From NCBI GenBank assembly GCA_029775855.1, contig JARVJZ010000003.1, positions 64,001 to 128,000 on the forward strand: 64,000 bases of DNA, written 5' to 3'. The position numbers and the translations under genes are program-made. Shown here piece by piece: positions 29,347 to 39,251 of the stretch (within the stretch, counting starts at the first letter, position 1; each line of letters begins with the position of its first letter). The DNA is from Nitrososphaeria archaeon. Lineage in GTDB: Archaea; Thermoproteota; Nitrososphaeria; Nitrososphaerales; JAAOZN01. A model generated the notes under the pieces. That model was given only the letters and a program-made list of their open reading frames with translations, ran no database searches and was not told the origin of the DNA.

Positions 29347-29504
29347 TACCCAATCTTTAACTTAGTCCTACGCCAGTTTCTTCTACCTGGATGTGTTCTC
29401 ACTCTTCTTTTAGTTTTGACTATGACCCAAGTCGGCACAGCGTAGTTTTCTTTTAGCTTTGAGATCAAGCGAATCTTTAGACCAGAGGGTTTGTTTCTAG
29501 CCAT
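29346..29504 (-). CDS. rpl39e: 50S ribosomal protein L39e (not in the ORF track)
   Basis: Translated by hand: [52 protein letters not shown]; canonical position before rpl31e. Confidence 0.96.
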   Translation of the reverse strand: MARNKPSGLKIRLISKLKENYAVPTWVIVKTKRRVRTHPGRRNWRRTKLKIG

Positions 29505-29776
29505 TATGCCCACCTTATCTTAAACTCTCTTTTAGGCTGCTGTAGGCTAGCTAGAACCTGCTTTAACTCTTCATCGGTAACTTGGTGTGTTAACTTGCCT
29601 GCTGAAGCAAGTTGTATGAAGCGGTCTTCGACGAGCTTAGCGAGTTCAGGCTTAACCATCTTTATGTTTGAAAGTCTTTCACGAGCTTTTGGGCTTAAGA
29701 TTATTCTAAGCACGGATTCTCGAGCAATTCTCTGCTGCTCTTCACGCATCTGTCGATCTTGTGTTTCAGAAGACAT
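29504..29776 (-). CDS. PDCD5-like dsDNA-binding protein
   Basis: [29 protein letters not shown]...TDEELK..L. Confidence 0.92.
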   Translation of the reverse strand: MSSETQDRQMREEQQRIARESVLRIILSPKARERLSNIKMVKPELAKLVEDRFIQLASAGKLTHQVTDEELKQVLASLQQPKREFKIRWA

Positions 29777-29790
29777 GGCAAACGCGCCTC

Positions 29791-30246
29791 CTAACCATAC
29801 TTTGCTAGCTCAGGATTTGATTTAACTAGCTCCTTAAATATTTCACTACTAAGCCTATCAAGCAGACTTCGACCCTTACTCGTCAAAACCCTACCCTTCT
29901 TACCATCCTTAACAACTAACCCTGCGGATTCGAGCTGCTTGAGAATATTTCTAATGTTAGAGCCCCCGCCATCTCTATGGTGAGCTAGAGAATAACCCAC
30001 ACTCTTTCTACCACCATACATAGATTCAAGATCAGCCAAGCCAAGAGGGCCGTGTATGTAGAGTTTTCTGAGTATAGATGCAGCTCTTGTATACCACCAC
30101 TCTCTTTCTGCGGGTGGGCGCTCTGCGTGAGAACCCGTCTTAACCATATAAGACCACATAGGTGGAGATACTTGAGGGAGTCGTCTAAGGTATTCAGCAA
30201 CCCTCTTTATCAGCATATCTTGCGGCACATCGTAGACAGTTGGCAT
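29791..30246 (-). CDS. rps19e: 30S ribosomal protein S19e
   Basis: MPTVYDVP, VKTGSHAERPP, WWYTRAASILRKLY, YGGRK. Confidence 0.97.
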   Translation of the reverse strand: MPTVYDVPQDMLIKRVAEYLRRLPQVSPPMWSYMVKTGSHAERPPAEREWWYTRAASILRKLYIHGPLGLADLESMYGGRKSVGYSLAHHRDGGGSNIRNILKQLESAGLVVKDGKKGRVLTSKGRSLLDRLSSEIFKELVKSNPELAKYG

Positions 30247-30307
30247 CTCCTATCAGCTTAACCTAACCCAACCTATAAGCCCTATATATTTCTACTCTAT
30301 CCTTGTG

Positions 30308-30622
30308 TTAAACCTTTACTCTTAAGGGTCGTCTATAGATATGCCCACACATTAAACAAGTCATCTTCAGCATATGTGATCTTCGCGTAAGCCTGACTCT
30401 ACAGTTTAAACCAGGTATAATCAGCTGCTTACAGCCGTGGCAGAAGAAGCGTTTCAAGTAGAAGGGTAGGCGAACATTATACTTTAAAGCGATGCGCCTA
30501 GCTAAAGCAGTCTCCTTTTTTGCGGTCTCATAATCTGTTTTAGCGACTTCTAGGGCTACTTCCATAATCCTTTCGATTCTCTGCCTAGCGAGGTCGGCGA
30601 GAAGGCGCCTAGGAGGCTTCAT
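30308..30622 (-). CDS. rnp4: RNase P protein component 4 (Rpp21)
   Basis: ARQRIERI, KRFFCHGC..IPG..RVR..TCLMCG..R.P zinc ribbon. Confidence 0.92.
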   Translation of the reverse strand: MKPPRRLLADLARQRIERIMEVALEVAKTDYETAKKETALARRIALKYNVRLPFYLKRFFCHGCKQLIIPGLNCRVRLTRRSHMLKMTCLMCGHIYRRPLRVKV

Positions 30623-30672
30623 CGACTTGTCTTTAAGGTGTAAGTTTTTAAACTATACTTTCCATTTAATTT

Positions 30673-31338
30673 ATGTTGCTTTATGTAGTTCTAGTTGAAT
30701 CTGCTTTGGAGCTTGTGCCTCAGCAGCTTTGGAGTGAGCGCAGCGTTCTCTCTTCAGCTAAGAACAAGGGTAAGCACCCTAGCCAGATACTCCTTGATAG
30801 AAGCTTACACCACGCCGCTATGCTTAAGCTTAAAGATGGCTTAAGAAGGGGCCGACCAGACCTTGTTCATCAAGCAGTCTTGGCAGTTACAGGCACACCC
30901 GCTTACCTTAAGGGGGAAGTAAAGCTCTACATTCACACATATACTAACCTCGTCTTAGATGTTCTTGAAGGGACTAGGCTGCCTAAATCCTACTTTAGGT
31001 TCCAAGGGTTAATGGAAAAGGTGTTAAGCGGAGAAGAGGGAAGTAGACTGATAAAGGTAAAAGAAATGGGGTTTAAGGAGCTGATTGACCAAGTAAACGC
31101 AGATAGTGTAATAGGTTTCAGCCGCAAAGGCGTCTTAATGAAACCAGAAGAATGGGTAAGTAAGTTTGTGAAAGAAAATTCAATTCTAGCAATCGGGGGA
31201 TTTCCACGAGGCAGCTTTTCTCCAGCAGTCTTAAATCACCTTAACGCAATAATTTCCATACACGAAATGCCGCTTGAATCCCATGTTGTTCTATCTCGGG
31301 TAATATATGATTACGAGCGGTTCAGAAGACAGACATAA
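30673..31338 (+). CDS. nep1: rRNA small subunit pseudouridine methyltransferase Nep1
   Basis: ESALELVP, LLDRSLH, RGRPDLVH, RLPKSYFRFQGLME, IGGFPRG. Confidence 0.93.
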   Translation: MLLYVVLVESALELVPQQLWSERSVLSSAKNKGKHPSQILLDRSLHHAAMLKLKDGLRRGRPDLVHQAVLAVTGTPAYLKGEVKLYIHTYTNLVLDVLEGTRLPKSYFRFQGLMEKVLSGEEGSRLIKVKEMGFKELIDQVNADSVIGFSRKGVLMKPEEWVSKFVKENSILAIGGFPRGSFSPAVLNHLNAIISIHEMPLESHVVLSRVIYDYERFRRQT

Positions 31339-32209
31339 CCTCTTTAGCGAATACCTCCATAGCTTTCAACCTATCTTTGCCCACAAAATACAATATAATA
31401 TAGGTGAAGCCTCTCATAACCAGCTTATCGATTTTATCAGCACAATGTTTAGGTGAACCAGCTACAACTACATCTAAGTGAGGCGTGCCCAAAAACATCT
31501 TAAGCAGACCTTTATCTATTAAGCAGACACCTGTATATGATTTGACTAATGTAGAGGGTGCTCTTCCAGCAACTCGACAAAAATCATCTAAAGTCTTAAG
31601 GGTTTTATTTAACCCAGCGATCTTAAAACCAAAGTTTGCTATGTCAGCTTTTTCAGCCATCAGTTTGAGCATCTTACGCTTGTTTCCACCTATTAAGATG
31701 GGTGGATGAGGTTGCTGAACAGGCTTGGGCTCACATATAGCATCCTTAACTTTGTAATATTGCCCTTCGAATGTGAAAGAGGTAGTTGTCCATAGCCCTT
31801 TGATAATACTAATAGCTTCCCTAAGCTGGGTTATTCTAACTCCAGCTTTCGGAAAGGGGTAGCCGTATGCTTCGTATTCCTCACGATACCAGCCGGCGCC
31901 TATGCCAAATTCAAGCCTACCTTTCGAAAGCACATCAAGTGTTGAAGCCATCTTCGCCAACAATGCGGGATTTCTATACGAGGAGCAAGAAACCAAGATA
32001 CCTAATCTAATGCTGCTTGTCTCAGAGGCTAAAGCGGAAAGGGTCGTCCAGCTTTCAAGGTAGTCTTTCTTCTTACCGAATGTGAAAGGCATAAAGTGGT
32101 CAAAGAGCCAAAAGGAGTTAAAACCTAAAGTTTCAGCAACCTTCGCTGTTTCAGCGATCTCCACATAGGTCTTCCCATCTTGTGGTAAAAGGACGCCGAA
32201 ACTAACCAT
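31322..32209 (-). CDS. LLM-class (probably F420-dependent) oxidoreductase
   Basis: FWLFDHF, ESWTTLSALA, YRNPALLAKMASTLD.LS.GR...GIGAGW, PKPVQQPHPPILIGG. Confidence 0.88.
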   Translation of the reverse strand: MVSFGVLLPQDGKTYVEIAETAKVAETLGFNSFWLFDHFMPFTFGKKKDYLESWTTLSALASETSSIRLGILVSCSSYRNPALLAKMASTLDVLSKGRLEFGIGAGWYREEYEAYGYPFPKAGVRITQLREAISIIKGLWTTTSFTFEGQYYKVKDAICEPKPVQQPHPPILIGGNKRKMLKLMAEKADIANFGFKIAGLNKTLKTLDDFCRVAGRAPSTLVKSYTGVCLIDKGLLKMFLGTPHLDVVVAGSPKHCADKIDKLVMRGFTYIILYFVGKDRLKAMEVFAKEVMSVF

Positions 32210-32215
32210 CTTAAT

Positions 32216-32770
32216 TCACTTCACACCCCAAGGTTTATACAAGCCGTGTTTCAGATTAAATCTGTCGAGCATTCTTCCCACGATCTGCCCTATCGCTTCA
32301 TTTAAATCTTCTACACCAGTGTAAAATAGGGGTGTTGCTGGTAGTATAGTGGCACCAGCTTCAGCAAGCGCAATAAGGTTGCTTATATCTTCCTTCGATA
32401 AAGGGGTTTCGCTAAGTGAGATAATTAAGATTCTACCTTCTTTAAGCGTAACATCAGCAGCCCTACCTATTAAATCCTTGGAGTATCCTTGCGCCAAATC
32501 TGAAACCCGTTTAAGGCTGCAAGGTGCTATTATCATTCCATCAACTTGGTAGGATCCGCTTGCTATCGGAGCTGTAAAGTCGTTGTTAGCGTAGTTGTGA
32601 TCTGCTAAGGATGATAACTCTAACCTACTTAAGCCAGTTTCAGAGTATACCTCTTCTACGCTGAAGTCATCGAGCACAACATGTGTCTCTACACTTAATC
32701 TCCTTAGGGCTTGCAGAAGTTTAACCCCAATTAATAGTCCTCTGCCAGAAAGGGCTACAACAATCTTCAA
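32216..32770 (-). CDS. ubiX: flavin prenyltransferase UbiX
   Basis: APIASGS, MIIAPCS, LIGRAADVTLKE, ETPL, P.FY. Confidence 0.87.
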   Translation of the reverse strand: MKIVVALSGRGLLIGVKLLQALRRLSVETHVVLDDFSVEEVYSETGLSRLELSSLADHNYANNDFTAPIASGSYQVDGMIIAPCSLKRVSDLAQGYSKDLIGRAADVTLKEGRILIISLSETPLSKEDISNLIALAEAGATILPATPLFYTGVEDLNEAIGQIVGRMLDRFNLKHGLYKPWGVK

Positions 32771-32798
32771 TTACGATAACCTCCTTTTTAGAAGGCGT

Positions 32799-33230
32799 TT
32801 AGAGGTCGAGGAGAAAGCGGACCACATATCTATCTTGCTCTTCTATAACCTCCATAAGATGATATGTTACTGCTTTAACTTCAACTTTTGGGTGATGCTT
32901 TTCTGGCGTAAATCTTTCGCCGAAGCATTCTGCCTCAAGTATCCAAGTGTCATCTTTTTTTGAAACCTGTGTTGAAAACTTGCTGTAAATGTTTTGCTCT
33001 ACTTGCATCTCTAGAAGCACGGTTTCGAGCCAGTTGTATAAGAGGTTTAGTAGGTCATAGCCACTTACTTCGAGCTTCTTGCTAAACTGGATATCAACAT
33101 TCTTTAGATCTGCTGCTAAATCGGTCAACCCATAGGCTGCGTTTGCATATGCTTCACCTAAACTTCTGCCGTATGCTTCTATGTATGCGTCTGTCATATG
33201 TTCAAGTAGACGATACCTTACTTGACTCAC
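32799..33230 (-). CDS. archease
   Basis: LEHMTD..IEAYG, LLYNWL, EVKAVTYH, C-terminal LDL. Confidence 0.93.
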   Translation of the reverse strand: MSQVRYRLLEHMTDAYIEAYGRSLGEAYANAAYGLTDLAADLKNVDIQFSKKLEVSGYDLLNLLYNWLETVLLEMQVEQNIYSKFSTQVSKKDDTWILEAECFGERFTPEKHHPKVEVKAVTYHLMEVIEEQDRYVVRFLLDL

Positions 33231-33303
33231 ACCAATATCTTGGAGTCTGGAGTAGAAATTGTTTATTGAGTGTTAAGTTTAGATAGTAGAAGTTTATGGT
33301 GAG

Positions 33304-34254
33304 GTGACTGAGTGTGGTGTGAAGGGCGCTCTACTAACAGCCTTTGCTATCCTACTACTGCTTACTGCACCAACGGTTGGGGCTTCGCCACCCTCATACA
33401 ATCCCATAAGCCTCACGACCACCATTTACGGTGATGGCTATGTTTGGGTTGAATATGAAGTTGAAGTGAGCCCTTTTCTACCCGTCGTTGAATTAACCCT
33501 CTTTGGTAGAAATTACGAAGATATAATTGCTGTAGGTAAAAACGGATTAGTGCTCGACTACAATATTACTCAAAACGGAATCCAACTAGAGACAATCGGT
33601 TTAAGCAGCGTTAAGATCTCATATTTCACACAGGACTTGACTAATAAAACGGGTAGGCTATGGACTTTCACAATAGATGCGCCTGTGCCTATTGTGGTCA
33701 AATTGCTACCAGAACTTACTGTAGTCGGCTTAAGCAAGGCTCCTCTTACCATAAGTAGTGTAAACGATACTCTAACTCTCCTGTTCCCAAGCGGTCCTCT
33801 GACTCTGAATTATATAGTTGAGTCATCTAAGTCAGTAAGCACACAGCAGAATGGTGTTTTCACTGCTAGTTGGCTTTGGTATGTTGCTCTAGCTGCGGGT
33901 ATGGTGGTAGTAGTTGGGGTTGCTGTATCAATTGCTTTCAAAAGAAAGCGTGCCGCCAGAGCATATGAAAAGGAAAGGCGTATCATAGATGTAGAGAAGA
34001 TAATATCTTCAAGACCAGATCTTCGACCTGATGATAAAGAGGTGCTAAGGTTTTTGGCTGAAGTTGGTGGAGAAGCCTTCGAATCTGAGCTGAGAAGCCG
34101 ATTTAACCTACCTAAGACATCTATGTGGAGGATGGTTAGAAGGCTTAAGAGAGAAGGATTAGTCGATGTAAAGAAGGTTGGTGGGCAGAACCTCGTATAT
34201 ATAAGAGAAACATCTGAAATTGGAAGTGGAACGGATGTTCCGAAGAATTCCTAA
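33304..34254 (+). CDS. membrane-anchored protein: signal peptide, extracellular beta domain, TM, cytoplasmic winged HTH
   Basis: N-terminal hydrophobic leader; TM WLWYVALAAGMVVVVGVAVSIAF then KRKR; wHTH DDKEVLRFL..GG..ESELRSRFNLPKTSMWRMVRRL..EGLV.VKKVGGQN.V. Confidence 0.8.
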   Translation: MTECGVKGALLTAFAILLLLTAPTVGASPPSYNPISLTTTIYGDGYVWVEYEVEVSPFLPVVELTLFGRNYEDIIAVGKNGLVLDYNITQNGIQLETIGLSSVKISYFTQDLTNKTGRLWTFTIDAPVPIVVKLLPELTVVGLSKAPLTISSVNDTLTLLFPSGPLTLNYIVESSKSVSTQQNGVFTASWLWYVALAAGMVVVVGVAVSIAFKRKRAARAYEKERRIIDVEKIISSRPDLRPDDKEVLRFLAEVGGEAFESELRSRFNLPKTSMWRMVRRLKREGLVDVKKVGGQNLVYIRETSEIGSGTDVPKNS

Positions 34255-34291
34255 AATTAAGACCCCTACATATAACCTTGGGGAGGGAAAG

Positions 34292-35314
34292 TTGAAGCTC
34301 AAAGCGGTTGCCGCAACCGCCTCGATAGCACTTCTAATCCTTGCAGCCTTCACCTTACCAACCACCTTTGAAACTGCTGATGCACAGGATGAGAGGAGTT
34401 CAGCATATGCTGTAAATATGATTCTCGAAAAAGCTCTTAGAAACATACAAACATTAGTTGAACAGGAAAGGGGCACTCAAGCGTATGAGGTGTTAAATAG
34501 AAGACTTGAGGGCGTTCGCCAAATGGCCGAAGCTGCGCAGAGAGAGTTAAAGGAAGGCGCGTATCAGCAAGCTTTAAGTGCCTCAATGAATGCACTTAAA
34601 TCTCTAACCAGCATTACCGCTGAGTTAAAGGATAGCGCAGATGAAGAGATAGTGGCCGCTAAACACACGACCCTTAGAATGAACATCTTCGTAAATAGTA
34701 TCAAAAACTTAACTGAACTCGCATCAACCAAAGGCTATGATGTTTCTACTTTAAAGTCTAGGCTTAAGGATGTTGAGACGCTAGTAAAAGAAGCGCAGAA
34801 CCTATCAGCTAAGCAAGACACCTTGGGGTCTAGCCAGAAGATTGCTGAGAGCAAGAAGATGTTGGGGCACATAATTAGCGACTTATGCCGAGCATACGAT
34901 AAAGAGAAGGTTAAGATTGTCGAGGACTATGTAAATAAGACCTTAAAAAGAATCTACGAGGTAGAGGAAGTGAGAAGCAGATTTACTGAGCAGATTAAGG
35001 AGTTTAACTCAACCAAAAATCAGATACAAGGCGGAAACTTTAGATCATCCCTTAAAAGGATAAACGAAGCGTTAGAAAATATGGAGAAGAAGGTTAGAGA
35101 AGACTTAAACAATGTAAAGGAAGAAATGGTTAACCTGAAGAAGCAGATCAACAACCTTAAAGCAAAAGGGGTGAATGTTGAGAAGCAAGAAAGACTACTG
35201 CAAGAGGCTGCTAATATGATTGAACAGGCTTCTACTTATTTGGAGAAGGGCGACTATGTAGCAGCAAGAATGAAGATAGCGCAGATTGAATCTGTTTTAC
35301 ATAGGTTTCGCTAG
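34292..35314 (+). CDS. secreted all-helical/coiled-coil protein
   Basis: Probable TTG start after GGGAGG; signal peptide MKLKAVAATASIALLILAAFTLP; repeated helical hairpins (KGYDVS.LK.RL / KGVNVE....LL.EA). Confidence 0.7.
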   Translation: MKLKAVAATASIALLILAAFTLPTTFETADAQDERSSAYAVNMILEKALRNIQTLVEQERGTQAYEVLNRRLEGVRQMAEAAQRELKEGAYQQALSASMNALKSLTSITAELKDSADEEIVAAKHTTLRMNIFVNSIKNLTELASTKGYDVSTLKSRLKDVETLVKEAQNLSAKQDTLGSSQKIAESKKMLGHIISDLCRAYDKEKVKIVEDYVNKTLKRIYEVEEVRSRFTEQIKEFNSTKNQIQGGNFRSSLKRINEALENMEKKVREDLNNVKEEMVNLKKQINNLKAKGVNVEKQERLLQEAANMIEQASTYLEKGDYVAARMKIAQIESVLHRFR

Positions 35315-36504
35315 TATATGAGAATCTTCTCTAGAGGTGTAATGTTTCTTGCAACGCCTCCCTCCATGACAACTACATCCTCTAACCTAACCCCACCTAA
35401 TTTAGCGTCGTAAAGCCCAGGTTCCACAGTGAAGACTTGTCTATCAACAATTATGTCTTGTGAGTAGAGTGAAAGATAGGGTCTTTCACCTATGGTTAGA
35501 CCTACACCGTGTCCTAGGCTGTGTGTAAAGCCTTGCTTAGGTGTGTGATTGGTTCTAGGTGTGCTATAGCCCTTCTTCTCAAAGACCTCACAAGCTATAT
35601 TCATAGCCTCTTTAGCCGGCATACCACTTCTTAAGCGGTCAAACGCTACTTGCTGAGCTTCAAATACATCATCATACATCCTTTTAAATTCACGATCTGG
35701 TGTACCTATTGATATTGTTCTAGTAACATCAAAGTAGTATCCTTCACCTCCTTGAGGGAAGAGGTCAAAGACTATGGGTCTCCCTATAACTATTGGATCT
35801 GAGTCTAAGCCCGTGTAGTGTGGATCGTATGATCCTGGCGCTGGTGCGAAGATCGGTTCTTCGACGGCTTTAAGGTTATGTTCCGCTAAGAGCGTTTTTA
35901 GTAAGCGTTTCACTCTGCCTACTGTTAACTCCTGGCTTCTATATAGTAGTTTATTACCCTCATGTTTGCAAGATTTTAGTTGTTCAATAATCTCTCTAAT
36001 TACGCTGCATGCTGCTTCGCCTACAAGCCTTATGCCCTCAACTTCTTTATCATCCTTTGTCATCATAACTTCTTCAAGTAATGTCGGTGAGTCTTCTTGA
36101 ATTACTATTAACCCTCTTTGCTGTAAAGCTGATGTAACTTGCAGAATAACATTCGCCTTATGCCTACCATAAATTGCTACTTTCCCCTCAACCCCTACCT
36201 CACCAAGAACACTAGCGATGAGCTCAATGTAGGCGCTCTTCGCATCTTTAGCGAGCAGAGAATAGTATCCTAGCTCACCAAAGCTTTTAACGCATCTCAC
36301 TCTACCCAGTCTCGCTGAGCCTAGATCTGTCTCTCCAACAACTAGGAAAGGCGCCTGACCCCTTCTCTTGACATAGATGCCGCCTCTTGGTATAGAGCAG
36401 CCTACCAGATAAAGTAGTTCAGGGTTGTTGAATGTAGAGTCGCCTAGCGCTATAAGCGCATCTACCCCCTTTGCTTCCATCGCAGCATCAAGATCTTGGA
36501 GCAT
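35311..36504 (-). CDS. Xaa-Pro aminopeptidase (M24 family)
   Basis: DPH, FDLFP, DVTRT, HSLGHGVGL, TVEPGLY, GGVRLED metal ligands. Confidence 0.92.
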   Translation of the reverse strand: MLQDLDAAMEAKGVDALIALGDSTFNNPELLYLVGCSIPRGGIYVKRRGQAPFLVVGETDLGSARLGRVRCVKSFGELGYYSLLAKDAKSAYIELIASVLGEVGVEGKVAIYGRHKANVILQVTSALQQRGLIVIQEDSPTLLEEVMMTKDDKEVEGIRLVGEAACSVIREIIEQLKSCKHEGNKLLYRSQELTVGRVKRLLKTLLAEHNLKAVEEPIFAPAPGSYDPHYTGLDSDPIVIGRPIVFDLFPQGGEGYYFDVTRTISIGTPDREFKRMYDDVFEAQQVAFDRLRSGMPAKEAMNIACEVFEKKGYSTPRTNHTPKQGFTHSLGHGVGLTIGERPYLSLYSQDIIVDRQVFTVEPGLYDAKLGGVRLEDVVVMEGGVARNITPLEKILIY

Positions 36505-36630
36505 ACCGTTGACGCTGACGCTTCTAGGCGATAAATATTTGCTGGAAACGGCTGTTCCTATTTAGATGGAAAGCTATTAACATAGGGTTCCTAATTTAGT
36601 GCTCTGATATACGGTTTAGACGGTGGTGCG

Positions 36631-37866
36631 ATGCGCACAAAACACCTATCAATAGTTGCCGCGACTGTGCTGGTAGCAGCTCTAATCGTTGGATCACTAA
36701 CTGCGCTGCAGGCTGAAGCAGCGTCTGTAAAGACCACTATGCAATCTAAAGGTAACCAATATGGGTTGACTGAGAAAGTTAGGGAAAGAGAGCAAGAACA
36801 CCTACAAAGCCCATCTAGGCTCTGGACTAAACCTCTTCTACCAAACTTACCTTTGCCACCTTCGTTAAGCGAAGTAGAACTCAAGATAGAAGCGGAGGGT
36901 GAGGCGAAGAACATAAGCAGAAAAGCTGAGACATCTACTTCCACCGCAACACTAACCTTAGACGGTAAGATACAGATATGGCGCAATAAAGGTAGCATAG
37001 TAGTTGAAGGCGGAAGCCTAACCATAGGCAACAAAGTGTATTCTATCGAATCTGGAAGAGGAGTATTTAACACACAAACTAAGAAAGGCGTGCTGATAAT
37101 ACAGCTCAAAGTGGTAGATGAAGAAGGTAAAGCATACCTTACCGTGCTCCAAGGTAGGTTAGAAGCGACCGAAGAGGCAGGTATCTACAATGTCTCATTT
37201 AAGGCGCAGATGCTCAGAGTCGGGCAGCTCTACCTTCTAACACTTGAAGGTAAACTCACAACCAACACACCCCTAGAAACATACAGCATAAACACCCTAG
37301 GTGGAACATGGGATCACACAACGATAACCGTCAAGGTAGAAGACAGCCCCTTAGCAGCGAACTACAGCAGCATAGTGATTAAGTCTGTCGAAGACTGGAA
37401 TAGCACGCTACACACCTTCGCCTCAAAGTATAGCGACTACAGCTACCTATCCAACATCTCTCTAAAACTGACTAACTCAGAAGATGCTGATGTAAAGATC
37501 GTCTTCACAGATGAAGGTAGGTTCAGAATAGGAGGAGAAACACAAGTCTCATACAAACCAAACACTAACATCTTCCAAAACATAACGGTCACCGTCAGAG
37601 TCGGCCCAAGATACACTGATAATATAGTTTATGCGGTGAGTTTACACGAACTCGGCCACGCACTCGGCCTAGGGCATACAGATGTATCAGAAGATTTGAT
37701 GTACCCTATACTTATGCGCTGGGCTCTTAGAGGTGTTGAGCTCTCTACCCTCGACCTCTACGGTGTAGCTCAGATCTTCGCTTGGCTTCCCAACGGTAGT
37801 GTTGAAGGCTTCACTGTACCCAAGCTTATAACTCTGCCATCCACTATCCCGTATGAAGCGGTGTAA
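36631..37866 (+). CDS. secreted matrixin-like (M10) zinc metalloprotease with an N-terminal beta domain
   Basis: Signal peptide; HELGHALGLGH (HExxHxxGxxH); Met-turn DLMYP. Confidence 0.88.
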   Translation: MRTKHLSIVAATVLVAALIVGSLTALQAEAASVKTTMQSKGNQYGLTEKVREREQEHLQSPSRLWTKPLLPNLPLPPSLSEVELKIEAEGEAKNISRKAETSTSTATLTLDGKIQIWRNKGSIVVEGGSLTIGNKVYSIESGRGVFNTQTKKGVLIIQLKVVDEEGKAYLTVLQGRLEATEEAGIYNVSFKAQMLRVGQLYLLTLEGKLTTNTPLETYSINTLGGTWDHTTITVKVEDSPLAANYSSIVIKSVEDWNSTLHTFASKYSDYSYLSNISLKLTNSEDADVKIVFTDEGRFRIGGETQVSYKPNTNIFQNITVTVRVGPRYTDNIVYAVSLHELGHALGLGHTDVSEDLMYPILMRWALRGVELSTLDLYGVAQIFAWLPNGSVEGFTVPKLITLPSTIPYEAV

Positions 37867-37869
37867 AAA

Positions 37870-37889
37870 GAGGGGTATTCTAGCCCCTC
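37870..37889 (+). terminator. hairpin after the metalloprotease gene
   Basis: GAGGGG-TATTCTAG-CCCCTC with a T tract ~10 nt downstream. Confidence 0.35.
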
Positions 37890-37952
37890 AACCTATATTT
37901 TTAGTTCTTAACACTATCTTAAACCTTTTATCACTGTTCACTGCTGTTAGCT

Positions 37953-38918
37953 TTGGTGGTGTATGTGCTTTTTCCCAGCGAATTTGAAGATAAGATTGTT
38001 GAGGCTGTTTCTAAGGTGAGTAAGAGTGTGTTGAATATCAGCACGGTGCAGCTTGTGCGGGACCACTTATTCAACCTGTATCCTGTTGGCGGGATAGGGT
38101 CTGGTGTAGCTGTGGACAATTCTGGTCATATAATTACTAACCATCATGTAGTTGCTGGTAGTAGAGTAGTTGTCGCTACAACCTATTCTGGAGAGAGATA
38201 TGAAGGGCAGATTATAGGCTCAGACCCATCGAGTGACATAGCGGTTTTGAAGGTTAAGGATACGCATATACCGCCCGCTGAGTTAGGGGATTCAGATTCT
38301 TTAAGGGTTGGGCAACTCGCTATAGCCATAGGGAACCCCTTTGGATTCCTCTTAAGAGGCGGCCCAACTGTCACGATTGGGGTGATAAGTGCTTTGAATA
38401 GATATATTAGGTTAGAGGATGGCAGAGTATATGAGAACCTTATTCAGACCGACGCAGCAATAAATCCTGGTAATAGCGGTGGCCCACTTATAGATAGTAG
38501 AGGACGGGTTATTGGGGTTAATACCGCCATGATTTCTCAGGCTCAAGGCATAGGTTTCGCAGTGCCTGTGAATACAGTTAAGCTCATTCTTGACGACTTC
38601 ATAAAGTTTGGTCGCATCGTAAGGCCTTGGTTGGGTATTGTAGGTATGGATGTTACTAAAGAGGTCGCTAGATATTATGGTTTAGGAGTTGAAGATGGTG
38701 TTTTAGTGGTTAGGGTTGTTCCAGACGGGCCAGCCGCTGAGGCTGATATACAGGAAGGAGACATCATAAAAGGTGTGGATGGTGTGCATATAGGTAGTAT
38801 CAAGGAACTTCAAGCCGTGATAAGGGGGAAGAGGATAGGTTCACAAATTGAAGTTTTAATTAGGCGTGGTGAATTCGAAGGTGTCACTAAAGTGATGGTC
38901 ACCGAAGCCCCTAGCTAA
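37953..38918 (+). CDS. HtrA/DegP-family serine protease (S1C + PDZ), no signal peptide
   Basis: GSGV, TNHHV, DIAV, IQTDAAINPGNSGGP, RPWLGI PDZ domain. Confidence 0.93.
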   Translation: MVVYVLFPSEFEDKIVEAVSKVSKSVLNISTVQLVRDHLFNLYPVGGIGSGVAVDNSGHIITNHHVVAGSRVVVATTYSGERYEGQIIGSDPSSDIAVLKVKDTHIPPAELGDSDSLRVGQLAIAIGNPFGFLLRGGPTVTIGVISALNRYIRLEDGRVYENLIQTDAAINPGNSGGPLIDSRGRVIGVNTAMISQAQGIGFAVPVNTVKLILDDFIKFGRIVRPWLGIVGMDVTKEVARYYGLGVEDGVLVVRVVPDGPAAEADIQEGDIIKGVDGVHIGSIKELQAVIRGKRIGSQIEVLIRRGEFEGVTKVMVTEAPS

Positions 38919-38936
38919 CAAAGATGGATCTTTTTC

Positions 38937-39164
38937 TCAAATGTTTAGCAATTGTTTAGCAAAATTTATAAAGAGGCTTACCAGAGCGACGCTAGACAAG
39001 ATGATTAGACATGAGTAAAAAAGCATCAGACCAAAAAAGCGGCCTAAACGGCTGGAAGTATAAATGCTCCTGCGGCTTTGAAACACTACAAGTCGCAAGC
39101 GCGGTCTCACATATAAACTCAAATCCAGGACATCAGCTTCAAAGGATAGAGCTGTAGAGAGCAT
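38937..39164 (-). CDS. small hypothetical membrane protein (doubtful)
   Basis: 75-aa ORF with a C-terminal hydrophobic helix and an AT-rich upstream region; no family recognised. Confidence 0.25.
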   Translation of the reverse strand: MLSTALSFEADVLDLSLYVRPRLRLVVFQSRRSIYTSSRLGRFFGLMLFYSCLIILSSVALVSLFINFAKQLLNI

Positions 39165-39251
39165 TAAAAAATTTTTAATAGCACTTCTGATTCTTTATCT
39201 TAATTTATAATTTAGAGCTAGCTGCATTAATTCGCACGAAGAGTTTAAAGT

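Noticed and set aside
36591-37109. 172-aa antisense ORF, and the many other antisense ORFs in the track
   Set aside because: They lie fully opposite well-supported genes and show no independent motifs.
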